NCBI GenBank assembly: GCA_040901965.1
Contig: JBBDYB010000011.1
Coordinates: 64,246-128,245 of the forward strand
From: Gemmatimonadales bacterium
GTDB lineage: Bacteria; Gemmatimonadota; Gemmatimonadetes; Gemmatimonadales; GWC2-71-9
Direction: 5' to 3'
DNA length: 64,000 bases
Under the pieces are notes generated by a model. It was not told the DNA's origin. It worked only from the letters and a program-made list of their open reading frames with translations, and did not search any database. Both the position numbers and the translations under genes were made by a program. Position 1 is the stretch's first letter. Every line of letters begins with the position of its first letter. Shown here in pieces: positions 21,798 through 31,110 of this stretch.

Positions 21798-22183
21798 GCC
21801 TTCGACTGCTCCTGTTCCGGCGCTGCCGCCTCCTGCCCAGCGCCGCGCTTCTCCCGGATCCGGGCCGACTTGCCGGCCAGGCGCCGCAGGAAGTAGAGCT
21901 TCGCCCGGCGGACCCGGCCTTTACGCATCAGGCCGATCTCCGCGATCGACGGCGCGTGCAGCGGGAAGATCCGCTCGACGCCCACGCCTGCCGAGATCTT
22001 GCGGACGGTGAACGTCTCGTTCATGCCACCGCCGCGCCGCGCGATGCAGATGCCCTCGAACGCCTGCAGCCGCTCCTTCTCTCCTTCGCGCACGCGCACC
22101 ATCACGCGCACCGTGTCGCCCGGGGCGAAGGCCGGGATGTTCTCCTTCATGCCTTCGCGCTCGACTGCTCTCAGTCTCTCCAT
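21794..22183 (-). CDS. rplS: 50S ribosomal protein L19
   Basis: [67 protein letters not shown]. Confidence 0.95.
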   Translation of the reverse strand: MERLRAVEREGMKENIPAFAPGDTVRVMVRVREGEKERLQAFEGICIARRGGGMNETFTVRKISAGVGVERIFPLHAPSIAEIGLMRKGRVRRAKLYFLRRLAGKSARIREKRGAGQEAAAPEQEQSKA

Positions 22184-22215
22184 AACCCACCCTCAAATGC
22201 TAGGCGCCTAGGCGC

Positions 22216-22896
22216 CTAGACGTCTCGTGTGTTCCATAAATCCGGTCGGCGTTCCCTGGTCAGACGCCGAGCCTCGGCCGCCCGCCATGCCGCAATCTTG
22301 TCGTGATCGCCACTCAACAATACGTCAGGGACATCCAGGCCGCGATAGCTGGGCGGCCGGGTGTAGCTGGGCGGCGCCAGCATTCCTTCATAATGCGAAT
22401 CGCTCGCCGCCGACTCATGATCGCCGAGCGCGCCCGGCAGCAGCCGCACCACCGCGTCCACCACGCACAGCGCCGCCGGCTCGCCGCCCGACAGGACGAA
22501 GTCTCCGATCGACAGCTCTTCGGCACCCAGCCCGTCCGCCACCCGCTGGTCCACGTCCTTGTAATGCCCGCACAACAACGTCAGCTCGGCACCCACTGCG
22601 TAGCGCACCGCGGTGTCGTGCGTGAACGGCCGCCCGCGGGCCGACAACAACACCAGCGGAGGCTTTGCCTTCAGATCCTCGACGGCCTCGAAGAATGGCT
22701 CCGGTTTCAGCACCATCCCCGCGCCGCCGCCGTAGGGCGCGTCGTCAACCGTGCGGTGCTTGTCGTGCGTATAGTCGCGCAGCTGCACGATCCGGTAACG
22801 CACCAACCCCGCCGCGGCCGCGCGCCCCAGGATGCTTCCTGCCAGCGGTCCGGTGAACCACTCCGGGAACAGCGTGACCACGTTGATCGTGAGCAC
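22216..22896 (-). CDS. trmD: tRNA (guanine37-N1)-methyltransferase
   Basis: INVVTLFPEWF...DYTHDKHRTVDDAPYGGGAGMVLKPEP...LLCGHYKDVDQRV...SIGDFVLSGGE. Confidence 0.95.
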   Translation of the reverse strand: MLTINVVTLFPEWFTGPLAGSILGRAAAAGLVRYRIVQLRDYTHDKHRTVDDAPYGGGAGMVLKPEPFFEAVEDLKAKPPLVLLSARGRPFTHDTAVRYAVGAELTLLCGHYKDVDQRVADGLGAEELSIGDFVLSGGEPAALCVVDAVVRLLPGALGDHESAASDSHYEGMLAPPSYTRPPSYRGLDVPDVLLSGDHDKIAAWRAAEARRLTRERRPDLWNTRDV

Positions 22897-22903
22897 CGGC
22901 GTC

Positions 22904-23158
22904 CTAGTCCTCGACCGCCACGAGCTGGTCGCGCCACTCCTCCACGGCCGCTCGGGAAGTGATGCCCTCGAACCCCAGCAGCCACTCGCGGTGATACGCG
23001 CGGCGCCGCGTCAGCACCAGCGGGCCGGCAAGCACCGCGCGGTCCTCGTTCAGCACGAACACCCGCGCCTTGGGGACGAACACCGTCCCGGGTTTTTCCA
23101 CGAGGGGGATCACCGCCACCTCCCCCTGCTGGCCGTGCGGCTTGCGCAGCCGCCCGAC
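22904..23158 (-). CDS. rimM: 16S rRNA processing protein RimM, N-terminal domain only; start codon unresolved
   Basis: The family N-terminal motif [16 protein letters not shown] is in frame but lies upstream of the first ATG/GTG/TTG (GTG 23119). The ORF ends at 22904, 8 nt before the trmD start. There is no room for a PRC-barrel domain. Confidence 0.6.
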   Translation of the reverse strand, partial: VGRLRKPHGQQGEVAVIPLVEKPGTVFVPKARVFVLNEDRAVLAGPLVLTRRRAYHREWLLGFEGITSRAAVEEWRDQLVAVED

Positions 23159-23448
23159 TACTCGGAGACCGGCGGGGTTGGCGACGGCCGTTTGCTCCCT
23201 CCCCCGCCTAGCACGCCCGCCTTCCTGAGGAGCGAGCGCACCGTGTCGGTCGGGGTGGCGCCCTTCTCGAGCCAGGCCCGCGCCTGCTCGGCGTTCACGT
23301 CGATCACCGCCGGATTGGCGCGCGGGTTGTAGTTCCCGATCGACGCCACGAACCGCCCGTCGCGCGGCGACCGCGAGTCCGCGATCACGATGCGGAAATA
23401 GGCCTGGCCCTTGCGCCCCACCCGGCGCAGTCGAATTCGAGTTGCCAT
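23158..23448 (-). CDS. rpsP: 30S ribosomal protein S16
   Basis: [42 protein letters not shown]. Confidence 0.95.
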   Translation of the reverse strand: MATRIRLRRVGRKGQAYFRIVIADSRSPRDGRFVASIGNYNPRANPAVIDVNAEQARAWLEKGATPTDTVRSLLRKAGVLGGGGSKRPSPTPPVSE

Positions 23449-23455
23449 ACGTTCG

Positions 23456-24742
23456 CTACATCCTTTTCATGAGCTTCCGCATCTGCTGGAACTGTTCCAG
23501 CAGCCGGTTCACTTCCTGTACGGGCCGTCCGGCCCCTTTCGCGATCCGCAGCTTCCGCGACCCGCTCAACACGCTCGGATCGGCGCGCTCCGCGGGCGTC
23601 ATCGACAGCACGATGGCCTCGACATGCTTCACGCGCTTGTCGTCCGGCGAAACACCCTGCAGCGCCTTGGCCTTCACGCCCGGCAGCAGCCCGAGCACCT
23701 GCTTGAGCGGGCCCATCGCCTGCATCTGCTTCAAGGCGGCGAGGAAGTCCTGAAGATCCATCCCCCGCTTCGACCGCACCTTCTGCTCGAGCTTCTTGGC
23801 CGCTGCGGCGTCCACCGTGGCCGCGGCCTTCTCCACCAGCGCCACGACGTCGCCTTGCCCCAGAATCCGGCCCGCCATGCGCGCGGGATCGAACGGCTCG
23901 AGCGCGTCGGGCTTTTCGCCCACGCCGACGTACTTGATCGGCACGCCGGTCACGCCGTGAATCGACAAGGCCGCGCCGCCCCGCGCGTCGCCATCGAGCT
24001 TCGTCAGGATCACGCCCGTCAGCCCGACGCCGTCGTGGAACCCGCCCGCGATCTTCACCGCGTCCTGGCCCGTCATCCCGTCCGCGACCAGCAGGACTTC
24101 ACGCGGATTCACTGCCGCCTTGAGCGCCCGCAGCTCGTCCATCATCTCGGCGTCGATCTGCAGCCGCCCCGCCGTATCGACGATCACGGTCCGCGCGCGC
24201 GCCGCTTCCGCCTCGCGCAGCGCGTCTTGGACCAACGCGACCACGTTTCCCGTGTCCCGTGCCCCGAAAACGGGAACGCCAATCTGCTCACCGAGCTGCC
24301 GGAGCTGTTCCGCCGCCGCCGGGCGGTACACGTCCGCCGCGACGAGGGCCGGAGCCTTCTGCTCGAGCTTGAGCCGCCGCCCGAGCTTCGCGGCCGTCGT
24401 CGTCTTCCCCGACCCTTGCAACCCGACGAGCAGTATCACCGTTGGGCCGACGGAGGCGAAATCGAGACCGGCCCTGGTGCCGCCGAGCAGCGCCGCGATT
24501 TCGTCATGGACCAGCTTCACCACCTGCTGGCCGGGGCTGACCGCCGTCAGCTGCAGCGCGCCGACGGCCCGTTCGCGCACCCGCTCGACGAATCCGCGCG
24601 TCACCTCGAAGCTCACGTCCGCCTCGAGCAGGTGGCGGCGAATCTCGCGCAGCGCGTCCGTCACGTCGGCTACCGAGAGCACCCCGCGGCCCGTGAGACG
24701 CTTCAGGACGCCGGTCAGCTGCTCGGAAAGGGCCGTAAACAT
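23456..24742 (-). CDS. ffh: Signal recognition particle protein Ffh
   Basis: [20 protein letters not shown]. GTPase motifs [15 protein letters not shown] and [15 protein letters not shown]-domain [20 protein letters not shown]. Confidence 0.95.
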   Translation of the reverse strand: MFTALSEQLTGVLKRLTGRGVLSVADVTDALREIRRHLLEADVSFEVTRGFVERVRERAVGALQLTAVSPGQQVVKLVHDEIAALLGGTRAGLDFASVGPTVILLVGLQGSGKTTTAAKLGRRLKLEQKAPALVAADVYRPAAAEQLRQLGEQIGVPVFGARDTGNVVALVQDALREAEAARARTVIVDTAGRLQIDAEMMDELRALKAAVNPREVLLVADGMTGQDAVKIAGGFHDGVGLTGVILTKLDGDARGGAALSIHGVTGVPIKYVGVGEKPDALEPFDPARMAGRILGQGDVVALVEKAAATVDAAAAKKLEQKVRSKRGMDLQDFLAALKQMQAMGPLKQVLGLLPGVKAKALQGVSPDDKRVKHVEAIVLSMTPAERADPSVLSGSRKLRIAKGAGRPVQEVNRLLEQFQQMRKLMKRM

Positions 24743-24804
24743 AAGCGTTGCAAAATAGTTAGCGAGTTGCCGTATTCAAAGGGGGGAGTGTTATTTCGCT
24801 GCTT

Positions 24805-26214
24805 ATGGCCGCAAGCGTGTGGCTGCAAGGCCTCGTGACAGTGGCGGTCGGCGCGATTTCCGGCGGCATCACCAACGCCGTCGCGGTGTGGATGCTGTTC
24901 CACCCCTACGAGCAGCGCTTCTGGCTCCAAGGCGCGATCCCCAAGAGCAAAGCGCGGCTCGCCAAGAGCATCGGCAAGACGGTGGGGCAGCGGCTGCTGA
25001 CCGAGGACGACCTGGCGCGTCAGCTCGGCGCGCCCGGCGTCCGTGAAGCGTTCGACCGCGCCATCGCGGGGTTCGTGGACCGCGCGCTCAATACGCCCCG
25101 CGGCGCGCTCCGGGATGAGCTGCCCCCGGCGCTCCTCGCCGAGCTCGAGACGTCGCTCGAGCCCCTCGCCACGGCGATCGCCGAACGCCTGGCGGACTTC
25201 GTCGCCGGCCCGGGGTTCGACGAGGCCGCGGAGAAGTACCTGCAGCTGGAGCGATGGGTGGACGAAGGCGTGGCGCGACCCGAGCTCGAGCAGGCCGTAC
25301 GCCGTTTCATCGCCACCCAACGGGTCCGGCTGCTGCGCGACGAGCGGCCGCTGCTCGAGCAGCTTCCTGCCGGGCTCATCGCCGCCCTCCAGCAAGGCAT
25401 CGCCGACTACCTGCCGATCGCCGTCGAGCGCCTCGGCGCGCTGCTGGCGGATCCCGAAGCGCGTGAGCGCATCCGCACAGGGCTGAAGCGCTTCCTCGAC
25501 CGCGCGCTCAAGAACCTCATGGTGCACGAGCGCGTGATGGCGAAGCTCATGATCACCGAGAAGCGCCTCGACCGCGTGCTCGATGGACTGGAGGAAGGCG
25601 GATTCGCCGACCTCGCCGACGTCCTCGAGACGCCGGATTTTCGCGCGCAGGTGGCGCGCGCCGTCAACGACGCCGTCGTGCGTTTTCTGCGGACGCCCAT
25701 CGCCGACCGGCTGTGGGCGCTCGGTCCCGAGCGGTTGGACGGCGTCGAGAAAGCCGCCGCGGACTACATTCTCGCGGCGGTGCGCGCCCCGGAGACGAGG
25801 GGCTGGGCGGTCGCGCGCGCCCACGATGCCGTGGCGCTGGGCCGGGAGATGCTCGCCGGCGAAACGGGCCGGGAGCGCGTGGCCGAGGCCGCCCATCGGG
25901 CGGTGCGCGCGCTGCTCGAGCGGCCGATCGGCCGGCCGGCGGACCTCCTGCCCGGCGAGGCCGAGGCCAAGCTGCGGCGTGCCTTGACCGAGCCGCTGTG
26001 GGGCTGGATGCAACGGCAGGTGCCCGTGATCGTTTCGCAGCTGTCGGTGCAGGACATCGTGGAGCAGAAGGTGATGGGCTTCTCGGTGCAGCGGATGGAA
26101 GAAATCATCAAGGGCGTCACGGCGCGGGAGCTGCGCCTGATCGTCCAGCTGGGCTACGTGCTGGGCGCCTTGGTGGGTGTCGCGGCGTGGGGAATCAGCC
26201 TGCTGTTCAATTAA
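24805..26214 (+). CDS. DUF445/UPF0754-like membrane protein
   Basis: N-terminal TM with GAISGGITNAVAVWMLFHPY, a long helical middle section, and a C-terminal TM LGYVLGALVGVAAWGISLLF. The family assignment is from memory of the motif only. Confidence 0.65.
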   Translation: MAASVWLQGLVTVAVGAISGGITNAVAVWMLFHPYEQRFWLQGAIPKSKARLAKSIGKTVGQRLLTEDDLARQLGAPGVREAFDRAIAGFVDRALNTPRGALRDELPPALLAELETSLEPLATAIAERLADFVAGPGFDEAAEKYLQLERWVDEGVARPELEQAVRRFIATQRVRLLRDERPLLEQLPAGLIAALQQGIADYLPIAVERLGALLADPEARERIRTGLKRFLDRALKNLMVHERVMAKLMITEKRLDRVLDGLEEGGFADLADVLETPDFRAQVARAVNDAVVRFLRTPIADRLWALGPERLDGVEKAAADYILAAVRAPETRGWAVARAHDAVALGREMLAGETGRERVAEAAHRAVRALLERPIGRPADLLPGEAEAKLRRALTEPLWGWMQRQVPVIVSQLSVQDIVEQKVMGFSVQRMEEIIKGVTARELRLIVQLGYVLGALVGVAAWGISLLFN

Positions 26215-27431
26215 CGGAGGCGCACGGACGGGAGCGCGCGCCAGCCGGTCCAGTCGGCTGGCGCATCCACTAATCGGACGCACGGACGTCCGTCGATCGT
26301 GAGTTGCTTGATCTCCGAGCGTCTGCCCGTGCGCCCATCCGCCGGTCGTTTTTGCCAGGCGCGCTCGAGTCCCCCAGCGAAGCGACCCGCCGCGGTGGCG
26401 TCGTCCCACACCGTGTACCACACCAACGCGTCGGCGTTGCGGCCAAGCACTTGATAGCGGTCGCCATCCCACCCCTGTGCGAGCCGCCCCGCTTCCGCTT
26501 CGTCACCCAGATGCTGCTGGAACAGCAGCCGTGTCTCGAACTCGCCGAGGTTGTCCTCGTACGGCACCGTGTCCCCTCCTCCCGCCGCGAACGTCATTTC
26601 CGTCGGCTGATCGCCGGCAGCGTAGCGTTCTGGATGGAGGACTTGCTCGGTGGACGCCGGCATCGCCTCGAGCACCGAGCGGCCGTAGTACTTGCGCCGG
26701 AACCAGAGAATGAAGTCGGCTCCCCCCAGATAGGGAAAGACGAGTCCTTCGCGGAGCCAGAGCGGGGCGCGCGCGAACTCCTTCATCTGCTCTTGCTGGC
26801 GCGACATGACCGCCCGCTGCTGCCAGAACCAGCCGAGGGGAAAGGTGTCCGGCTTCTGCTCCGGCATCAGCACGGCGATTTGGGCGACGGTCGCCTGGCC
26901 CTCGAGAATCGCTTGCGCCGCCGAGCGGCGGTCATTGCGCCGGTGCATTGCGATGATGGAGTCGAGCCGGATGTACTGATCCTGCAGCGCGTGGCCGAGC
27001 TCGTGTGAAATGACGATGCGCAGCTGATACGGCTCGATGTCGGCGGGAATGTACAAGGCGTTCGAATCGGGATCGTAGTAGCCCGCGATCTGCTCGGTGA
27101 GCAAATCGACCATCGTGGTCCGCAGATCCAGCGATTCGGGGATCAGCCCGAACAGCCGCAGTCCCGCCTGCAGCCCGTCGAGATCCCCGGGCGGGAGATC
27201 GTGGTCGAACTTGTGGATGACGTAATCGCGAACCTGGGCGCGCGAGCGCCGGAAGACGTCCGGCTCCTTCTTGAAGGGGAGTCCCGCCACTTGCGACACG
27301 ACCGGCATCATGCGGCGCACCATATCGCGCAGGTCCGCCTCGCCCTGCACCGCCTGGGCGCGCTCGCGACAACCTAGGACGAGAGCCACGGCGCCCGCGC
27401 CGAGCGCCATGCTTCGCGTCACCCGGCCCAC
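26211..27431 (-). CDS. Putative lipoprotein zinc metallopeptidase (HExxH)
   Basis: Lipobox MALGAGAVALVLGC. Zincin motif VISHELGHALQD. Alternative start at ATG 27410. The 27431 start overlaps the upstream ATPase stop by 13 nt. Confidence 0.65.
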   Translation of the reverse strand: MGRVTRSMALGAGAVALVLGCRERAQAVQGEADLRDMVRRMMPVVSQVAGLPFKKEPDVFRRSRAQVRDYVIHKFDHDLPPGDLDGLQAGLRLFGLIPESLDLRTTMVDLLTEQIAGYYDPDSNALYIPADIEPYQLRIVISHELGHALQDQYIRLDSIIAMHRRNDRRSAAQAILEGQATVAQIAVLMPEQKPDTFPLGWFWQQRAVMSRQQEQMKEFARAPLWLREGLVFPYLGGADFILWFRRKYYGRSVLEAMPASTEQVLHPERYAAGDQPTEMTFAAGGGDTVPYEDNLGEFETRLLFQQHLGDEAEAGRLAQGWDGDRYQVLGRNADALVWYTVWDDATAAGRFAGGLERAWQKRPADGRTGRRSEIKQLTIDGRPCVRLVDAPADWTGWRALPSVRLR

Positions 27432-28567
27432 TCGATGCCCTTCCCCACCGCGACGGCGACCACGCGGGCCACGTCCTTGCCGGTCACGACGATCCCCTGG
27501 CGCTCCAGCTCGGCGCGCAGGCCGCGGTCGAGATCGGCGCGCTGTTCGTCTAAGGACGGCCGGACGGCCGGACGGCCCGACGGCCCTTGCTCGTCCGTGG
27601 CCGTCTCGGCCGTCCGGCCGGCTGGCCGTCCGCCGAGCAGTTGTTCAAGCTCCTCCCCGAACCGTTGCAGCACCGTCGCCAGGTCCGGCATCGGCTCTTC
27701 GGGCCCGCGCTCCTCGGTGAGTCCCCGCCGGATCATCGCTTCGACCTTGCGACGCTCCCGGATGAGCCGATCGAGCTCGGGTGATACCTGCGCCGTCGCC
27801 TGGGCGTGCGCGCAGGCTTCGTCGAGCACGTCGATCGCCTTGTCGGGGCGCGCCCGCTCGGGCACGAAGCGGTCGGTGAGCACGATCGCCGCTTTGAGGG
27901 CATCGTCGGCGATCGCGACGGCGTGGTGGCGCTCGAGGCGCGACCGCCGGGCGACGAGGACTTCCCAGGTCTGGATCGCGTCGAGCTCCTCGATCGTGAC
28001 CGGCTGGAACCGCCGCTCCAGCGCGGGATCGGAGCGGATCCACTTGTCGTACTCCTCGCCGGTCGTGGCGCCGATGACGCGGATATCCCCGCGCACGAGC
28101 GCGGGCTTCAGCATGTTGGCGGCGTCCATCGCGGCCCCCATGGCCGTCCCCTGGCCGATGAGGTTGTGCAGCTCGTCCACGAAGAGCACGAGATTGGGAT
28201 CGGCGCCGAGCGCCTTCACGAGGCGGCGGATGCGGTCTTCGTACTGGCCGCGGAACGAGGTGCCCGCGAGCAGGGCGACGTGGTCCAATTGCAGGATCCG
28301 CGCGTCCTTGAGCGCGGGTGGCACGTTCCCGCTGGCGACCCGTTGCGCCAGACCCTCCACGATGGCCGTCTTCCCCACGCCCGCCCGTCCCACGAGGGCG
28401 GGGTTGTTCTTGCCCTGGCGAAGCAGGATGTCCACGACCCGCGCGATTTCGGCATCGCGACAGCGTACCGGCTCGAGATCGCCGCGCCGGGCCAGCGCCG
28501 TGACGTCGATGCCCACGCGCTCCAGCACGTCGCCCGAGTCGAACAAGCCTTCGAAGGGATCGCCCAT
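27419..28567 (-). CDS. Clp/Hsp100-like AAA+ ATPase consisting of the D1 module only
   Basis: LEPVRCRDAEIARVVDILLRQGKNNPALVGRAGVGKTAIVEGLAQRV (Walker A). LVLFVDELHNLIGQG (Walker B). ALERRFQPV. Ends at ...VTGKDVARVVAVAVGKGIE, which resembles the D1/D2 junction. There is no Clp_N domain and no second AAA module. Confidence 0.75.
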   Translation of the reverse strand: MGDPFEGLFDSGDVLERVGIDVTALARRGDLEPVRCRDAEIARVVDILLRQGKNNPALVGRAGVGKTAIVEGLAQRVASGNVPPALKDARILQLDHVALLAGTSFRGQYEDRIRRLVKALGADPNLVLFVDELHNLIGQGTAMGAAMDAANMLKPALVRGDIRVIGATTGEEYDKWIRSDPALERRFQPVTIEELDAIQTWEVLVARRSRLERHHAVAIADDALKAAIVLTDRFVPERARPDKAIDVLDEACAHAQATAQVSPELDRLIRERRKVEAMIRRGLTEERGPEEPMPDLATVLQRFGEELEQLLGGRPAGRTAETATDEQGPSGRPAVRPSLDEQRADLDRGLRAELERQGIVVTGKDVARVVAVAVGKGIEWAG

Positions 28568-28573
28568 CCGTCG

Positions 28574-29344
28574 TCAGTCGCCTCGCAGGAAGTGGCCATA
28601 CCAGGCGATGATCGCGTCGCCGAACACGAACGTCACCGCCGCTCCGACAGCGAGGAATACCCCGAATGGGACGAGACGCTTCTTCTTGAGCGACAGCGGC
28701 ACGAAGATCAGCGAGCCGAGCGCGGCGCCGGCGAACACGGTGAGCAGCACGCCGCGCCACCCCAAGAAGCTGCCCACCATCGCCATCATTTTGATATCGC
28801 CGCCGCCCATCGCCTCCTCCTTGAAGACCCAGGCGCCGGCCATGGCGACGAGCCACAGCAACCCGAAGCCCACCGCCGCGCCGAGCAGCGCGTTGAGAAA
28901 GCCGGGCACGCCGCCGCCCAACGCCAGCAGCAGGCCCAACACCAGACCGCCCCACGTGAACTCGTCGGGAATGATGTAATGCCGCGCATCGGTGATCGCG
29001 ATGCCGAGCAGCAGCGTCCCGAACACGGCGGCCTGGACCGCTTCCAGGGAGATGCCGTAGACGAGCACCGAGACGCCGAACAGCACGCCGACGAGGGCCT
29101 CGATGAGGGGATACTGCCTGGAAATGGGCTTGTGGCACCAGCGACACTTGCCGCGCAGCCAGAGCCAGGAGAACAGGGGGATGTTGTCGCGCCAGGCGAT
29201 CGGTTGCTTGCAGTTCGGGCACGTGGATCGCGGGCGCAGCAGCGACTGATCGCGCGGGAGCCGCAGGATGCACACGTTGAGGAAGCTGCCGAAGCAGAGG
29301 CCCACGAGGACCGCACCGGCGACGATGACGGGATCAGCGCCCAC
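28574..29344 (-). CDS. pilD: Prepilin peptidase (A24 family, PilD-like)
   Basis: GLCFGSFLNVCILRLP...CPNCKQPIAWRDNIPLFSWLWLRGKCRWCHKPIS (Zn-finger cysteines). Catalytic Asp contexts ITDARHYIIPD and GGGDIKMMAMVG. Start uncertain: GTG 29344 chosen, while the longest ORF starts at 29386. Confidence 0.8.
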   Translation of the reverse strand: MGADPVIVAGAVLVGLCFGSFLNVCILRLPRDQSLLRPRSTCPNCKQPIAWRDNIPLFSWLWLRGKCRWCHKPISRQYPLIEALVGVLFGVSVLVYGISLEAVQAAVFGTLLLGIAITDARHYIIPDEFTWGGLVLGLLLALGGGVPGFLNALLGAAVGFGLLWLVAMAGAWVFKEEAMGGGDIKMMAMVGSFLGWRGVLLTVFAGAALGSLIFVPLSLKKKRLVPFGVFLAVGAAVTFVFGDAIIAWYGHFLRGD

Positions 29345-30140
29345 GCAGCACCTCGTACAGCAGGATCCCCGCCGCCACCGCGACATTCAGCGATTCCGCG
29401 CCACGCGCCAGGGGGATCGCCACGCGCTGCGCCGCGATGGCGTTCAGCTGCGGGCGGATCCCCGCGCCTTCGTTTCCCACGATCACGGCGATCAGCTCCT
29501 TGCGTGAGTCACTCGCATCGAGCGCGCGGGCGAGCGGCACGCCGTCCACGGCGGCCGCCCACAGCGTGAGACCGCGCGCGCGCGCCCACGTGATGAAGGG
29601 CGCGTCGTCGAGCTGGATGACGGGATGCCGGAACGTGGCCCCCATGGCCGCCCGCAGCGCCTTCGCATTCATCGGATCGGCGGTGCCGCGCAGCAGTACG
29701 CTGGCGGAAGCGCCGAGCGCGTGCGCAGTGCGGATCAGCGTACCGACGTTGCCCGGATCCTGCACGCCGTCCACCACCAGGACCGCGCCGCCCGGCGCCG
29801 CCGGCACGTCCGACACCGTCCACGCGCGCGGCGCGACGATCGCGAGGATTCCTTGCGGCGTGTCCGTACCCGCGAGCTGGCCGAACGCGCGGGCGCCGAC
29901 TTCCTCCACCGTAACCGCGTGGCTCGCGAGCTCGGCCGTCAACGCCTGCCCCCGCGTGGTGCGCGCGAGATCGGGAGAGACGAGCGCGCCCTTGAACTCG
30001 AGTCCGGCCGCGAGCGCTTCCTCGACGAGCCGCACGCCTTCGAGCACGGCCAGCCCGCGGCGGCCCCGCGCCTTGCGGCGTTGGAGATCGCGGACGGTCG
30101 ACTGCAGATTACTGGCGATGCGAGTCCTCGCGCCGGTCAT
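29334..30140 (-). CDS. TrmH/SpoU-family RNA 2'-O-methyltransferase
   Basis: LAVLEGVRLVEEAL substrate-binding-like N-terminus. SpoU motifs VDGVQDPGNVGTLIRTA, IVGNEGAGI and IPLARGAESLNVAVAAGILLYE. Start at ATG 30140; the longer ORF from 30563 begins inside the thiD palindrome and is an artefact. Confidence 0.8.
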   Translation of the reverse strand: MTGARTRIASNLQSTVRDLQRRKARGRRGLAVLEGVRLVEEALAAGLEFKGALVSPDLARTTRGQALTAELASHAVTVEEVGARAFGQLAGTDTPQGILAIVAPRAWTVSDVPAAPGGAVLVVDGVQDPGNVGTLIRTAHALGASASVLLRGTADPMNAKALRAAMGATFRHPVIQLDDAPFITWARARGLTLWAAAVDGVPLARALDASDSRKELIAVIVGNEGAGIRPQLNAIAAQRVAIPLARGAESLNVAVAAGILLYEVLRGR

Positions 30141-30197
30141 GGGTGCCCCTAAGATTGCGCTCCCCGTTGCTTTCGCCAAGCGGGGCGGAGGGGGAAC

Positions 30198-31031
30198 ATG
30201 AGAATCGCGCTTACCATCGCAGGCTCGGACTCGGGCGGCGGCGCGGGCATCCAGGCCGACCTCAAGACCTTTCATCAGTTCGGCGTGTTCGGCACCACGG
30301 CGATCACCGCCGTCACCGCGCAGAACACCGTGGGCGTCCTGGACTGGCAGGCGCTGCCCGCCCCGCTCGTCGCCCGGCAGATCGACGCGCTCGCCGGCGA
30401 CCTGCCGCCCGCCGCGGTCAAGACCGGGATGCTCGGCTCCGCGGAAATCGTGGCGACGGTCGCCGACCGCATCGCGCACCACCGGTTGCCCAATTACGTC
30501 CTCGATCCCGTGATGGTGGCCACGTCGGGGGATTTGTTGGTGGACGATGTAGGGGCACGGCATGCCGTGCCCCTACAGATCGCACGGCGTCTGGTCCCGC
30601 TCGCCACCATCGTGACGCCGAATCTCAATGAAGCGGCGATCCTCGTGGGAGACGACGTGCGCACGCTCGCGCAGATGGAGCGCGCGGCCGGCGCGCTCGT
30701 CGCGATGGGCGCGCGAGCCGCACTGGTGAAGGGCGGTCATCTCGGCGGAACTGACGACATCGTGGACGTGCTGGTCCAACAGAGCACCGTGCGGCGGTTC
30801 ACCCATCCCCGGATCGACACGACGTCCACGCACGGCACCGGTTGCACGCTCTCGGCGGGGATCGCCGCGGGTCTGGCGCTGGGCCGGCCGCTCGAGCAGG
30901 CGGTGGCCGACGCACTCGACTTCGTGCACCGGGCCATTGCGGCGGCGCCGGGCCTGGGACGGGGGGACGGACACGGACCCTTGAATCATTTCGTGCCGGC
31001 GCCGCCGCGGCCGCCCAACGAGGGGCTGTAA
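30198..31031 (+). CDS. thiD: Hydroxymethylpyrimidine/phosphomethylpyrimidine kinase ThiD
   Basis: [25 protein letters not shown]...TAVTAQNT...KTGML...[10 protein letters not shown]...TPNLNEA...KGGHL...[14 protein letters not shown]. Carries the 30-bp palindrome in frame ([10 protein letters not shown]). Confidence 0.9.
   Translation: MRIALTIAGSDSGGGAGIQADLKTFHQFGVFGTTAITAVTAQNTVGVLDWQALPAPLVARQIDALAGDLPPAAVKTGMLGSAEIVATVADRIAHHRLPNYVLDPVMVATSGDLLVDDVGARHAVPLQIARRLVPLATIVTPNLNEAAILVGDDVRTLAQMERAAGALVAMGARAALVKGGHLGGTDDIVDVLVQQSTVRRFTHPRIDTTSTHGTGCTLSAGIAAGLALGRPLEQAVADALDFVHRAIAAAPGLGRGDGHGPLNHFVPAPPRPPNEGL
30548..30577. repeat. REP-like 30-bp perfect palindrome, copy 1 (inside thiD)
   Basis: TGTAGGGGCACGGCATGCCGTGCCCCTACA read directly. 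Identical to the copies at 31443 and 31727. The centre contains GCATGC. Confidence 0.95.
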
Positions 31032-31110
31032 CCGACGCCTCGCGTCGCAACAATCCTCGTCGCGATGATTTCGTTACTGAGTCCGCAGCCGCGGGCGTTA
31101 CCTGTACTCC

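Noticed and set aside
23411-26472. Long ORFs 23411-24838 (+) and 24715-26472 (-), antisense to ffh and the DUF445-like gene.
   Set aside because: Shadow ORFs. Ffh and the DUF445-like protein give convincing motif-bearing translations on the other strand.
27435-29569. Three overlapping 500-590-aa ORFs (27435-28979 +, 27645-29273 -, 27806-29569 +) across the Clp-like and pilD genes.
   Set aside because: Low-complexity Arg/Ser/Pro-rich translations. The alternative frames encode the AAA+ Walker motifs and the prepilin peptidase motifs.
30141-30197. Possible TPP riboswitch upstream of thiD.
   Set aside because: The intergenic region is only 57 nt and lacks the conserved CUGAGA/ACCUGA cores. It is too short for a THI element.
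29334-30563. ORFs beginning MPCPY... (30563, 31458, 31457) and ORF 31704-32063 containing VGARHAVPL.
   Set aside because: Their start codons or N-termini are simply the ATG at the centre of the 30-bp palindrome (GGCATGCC). They are artefacts of the repeat, not genes.
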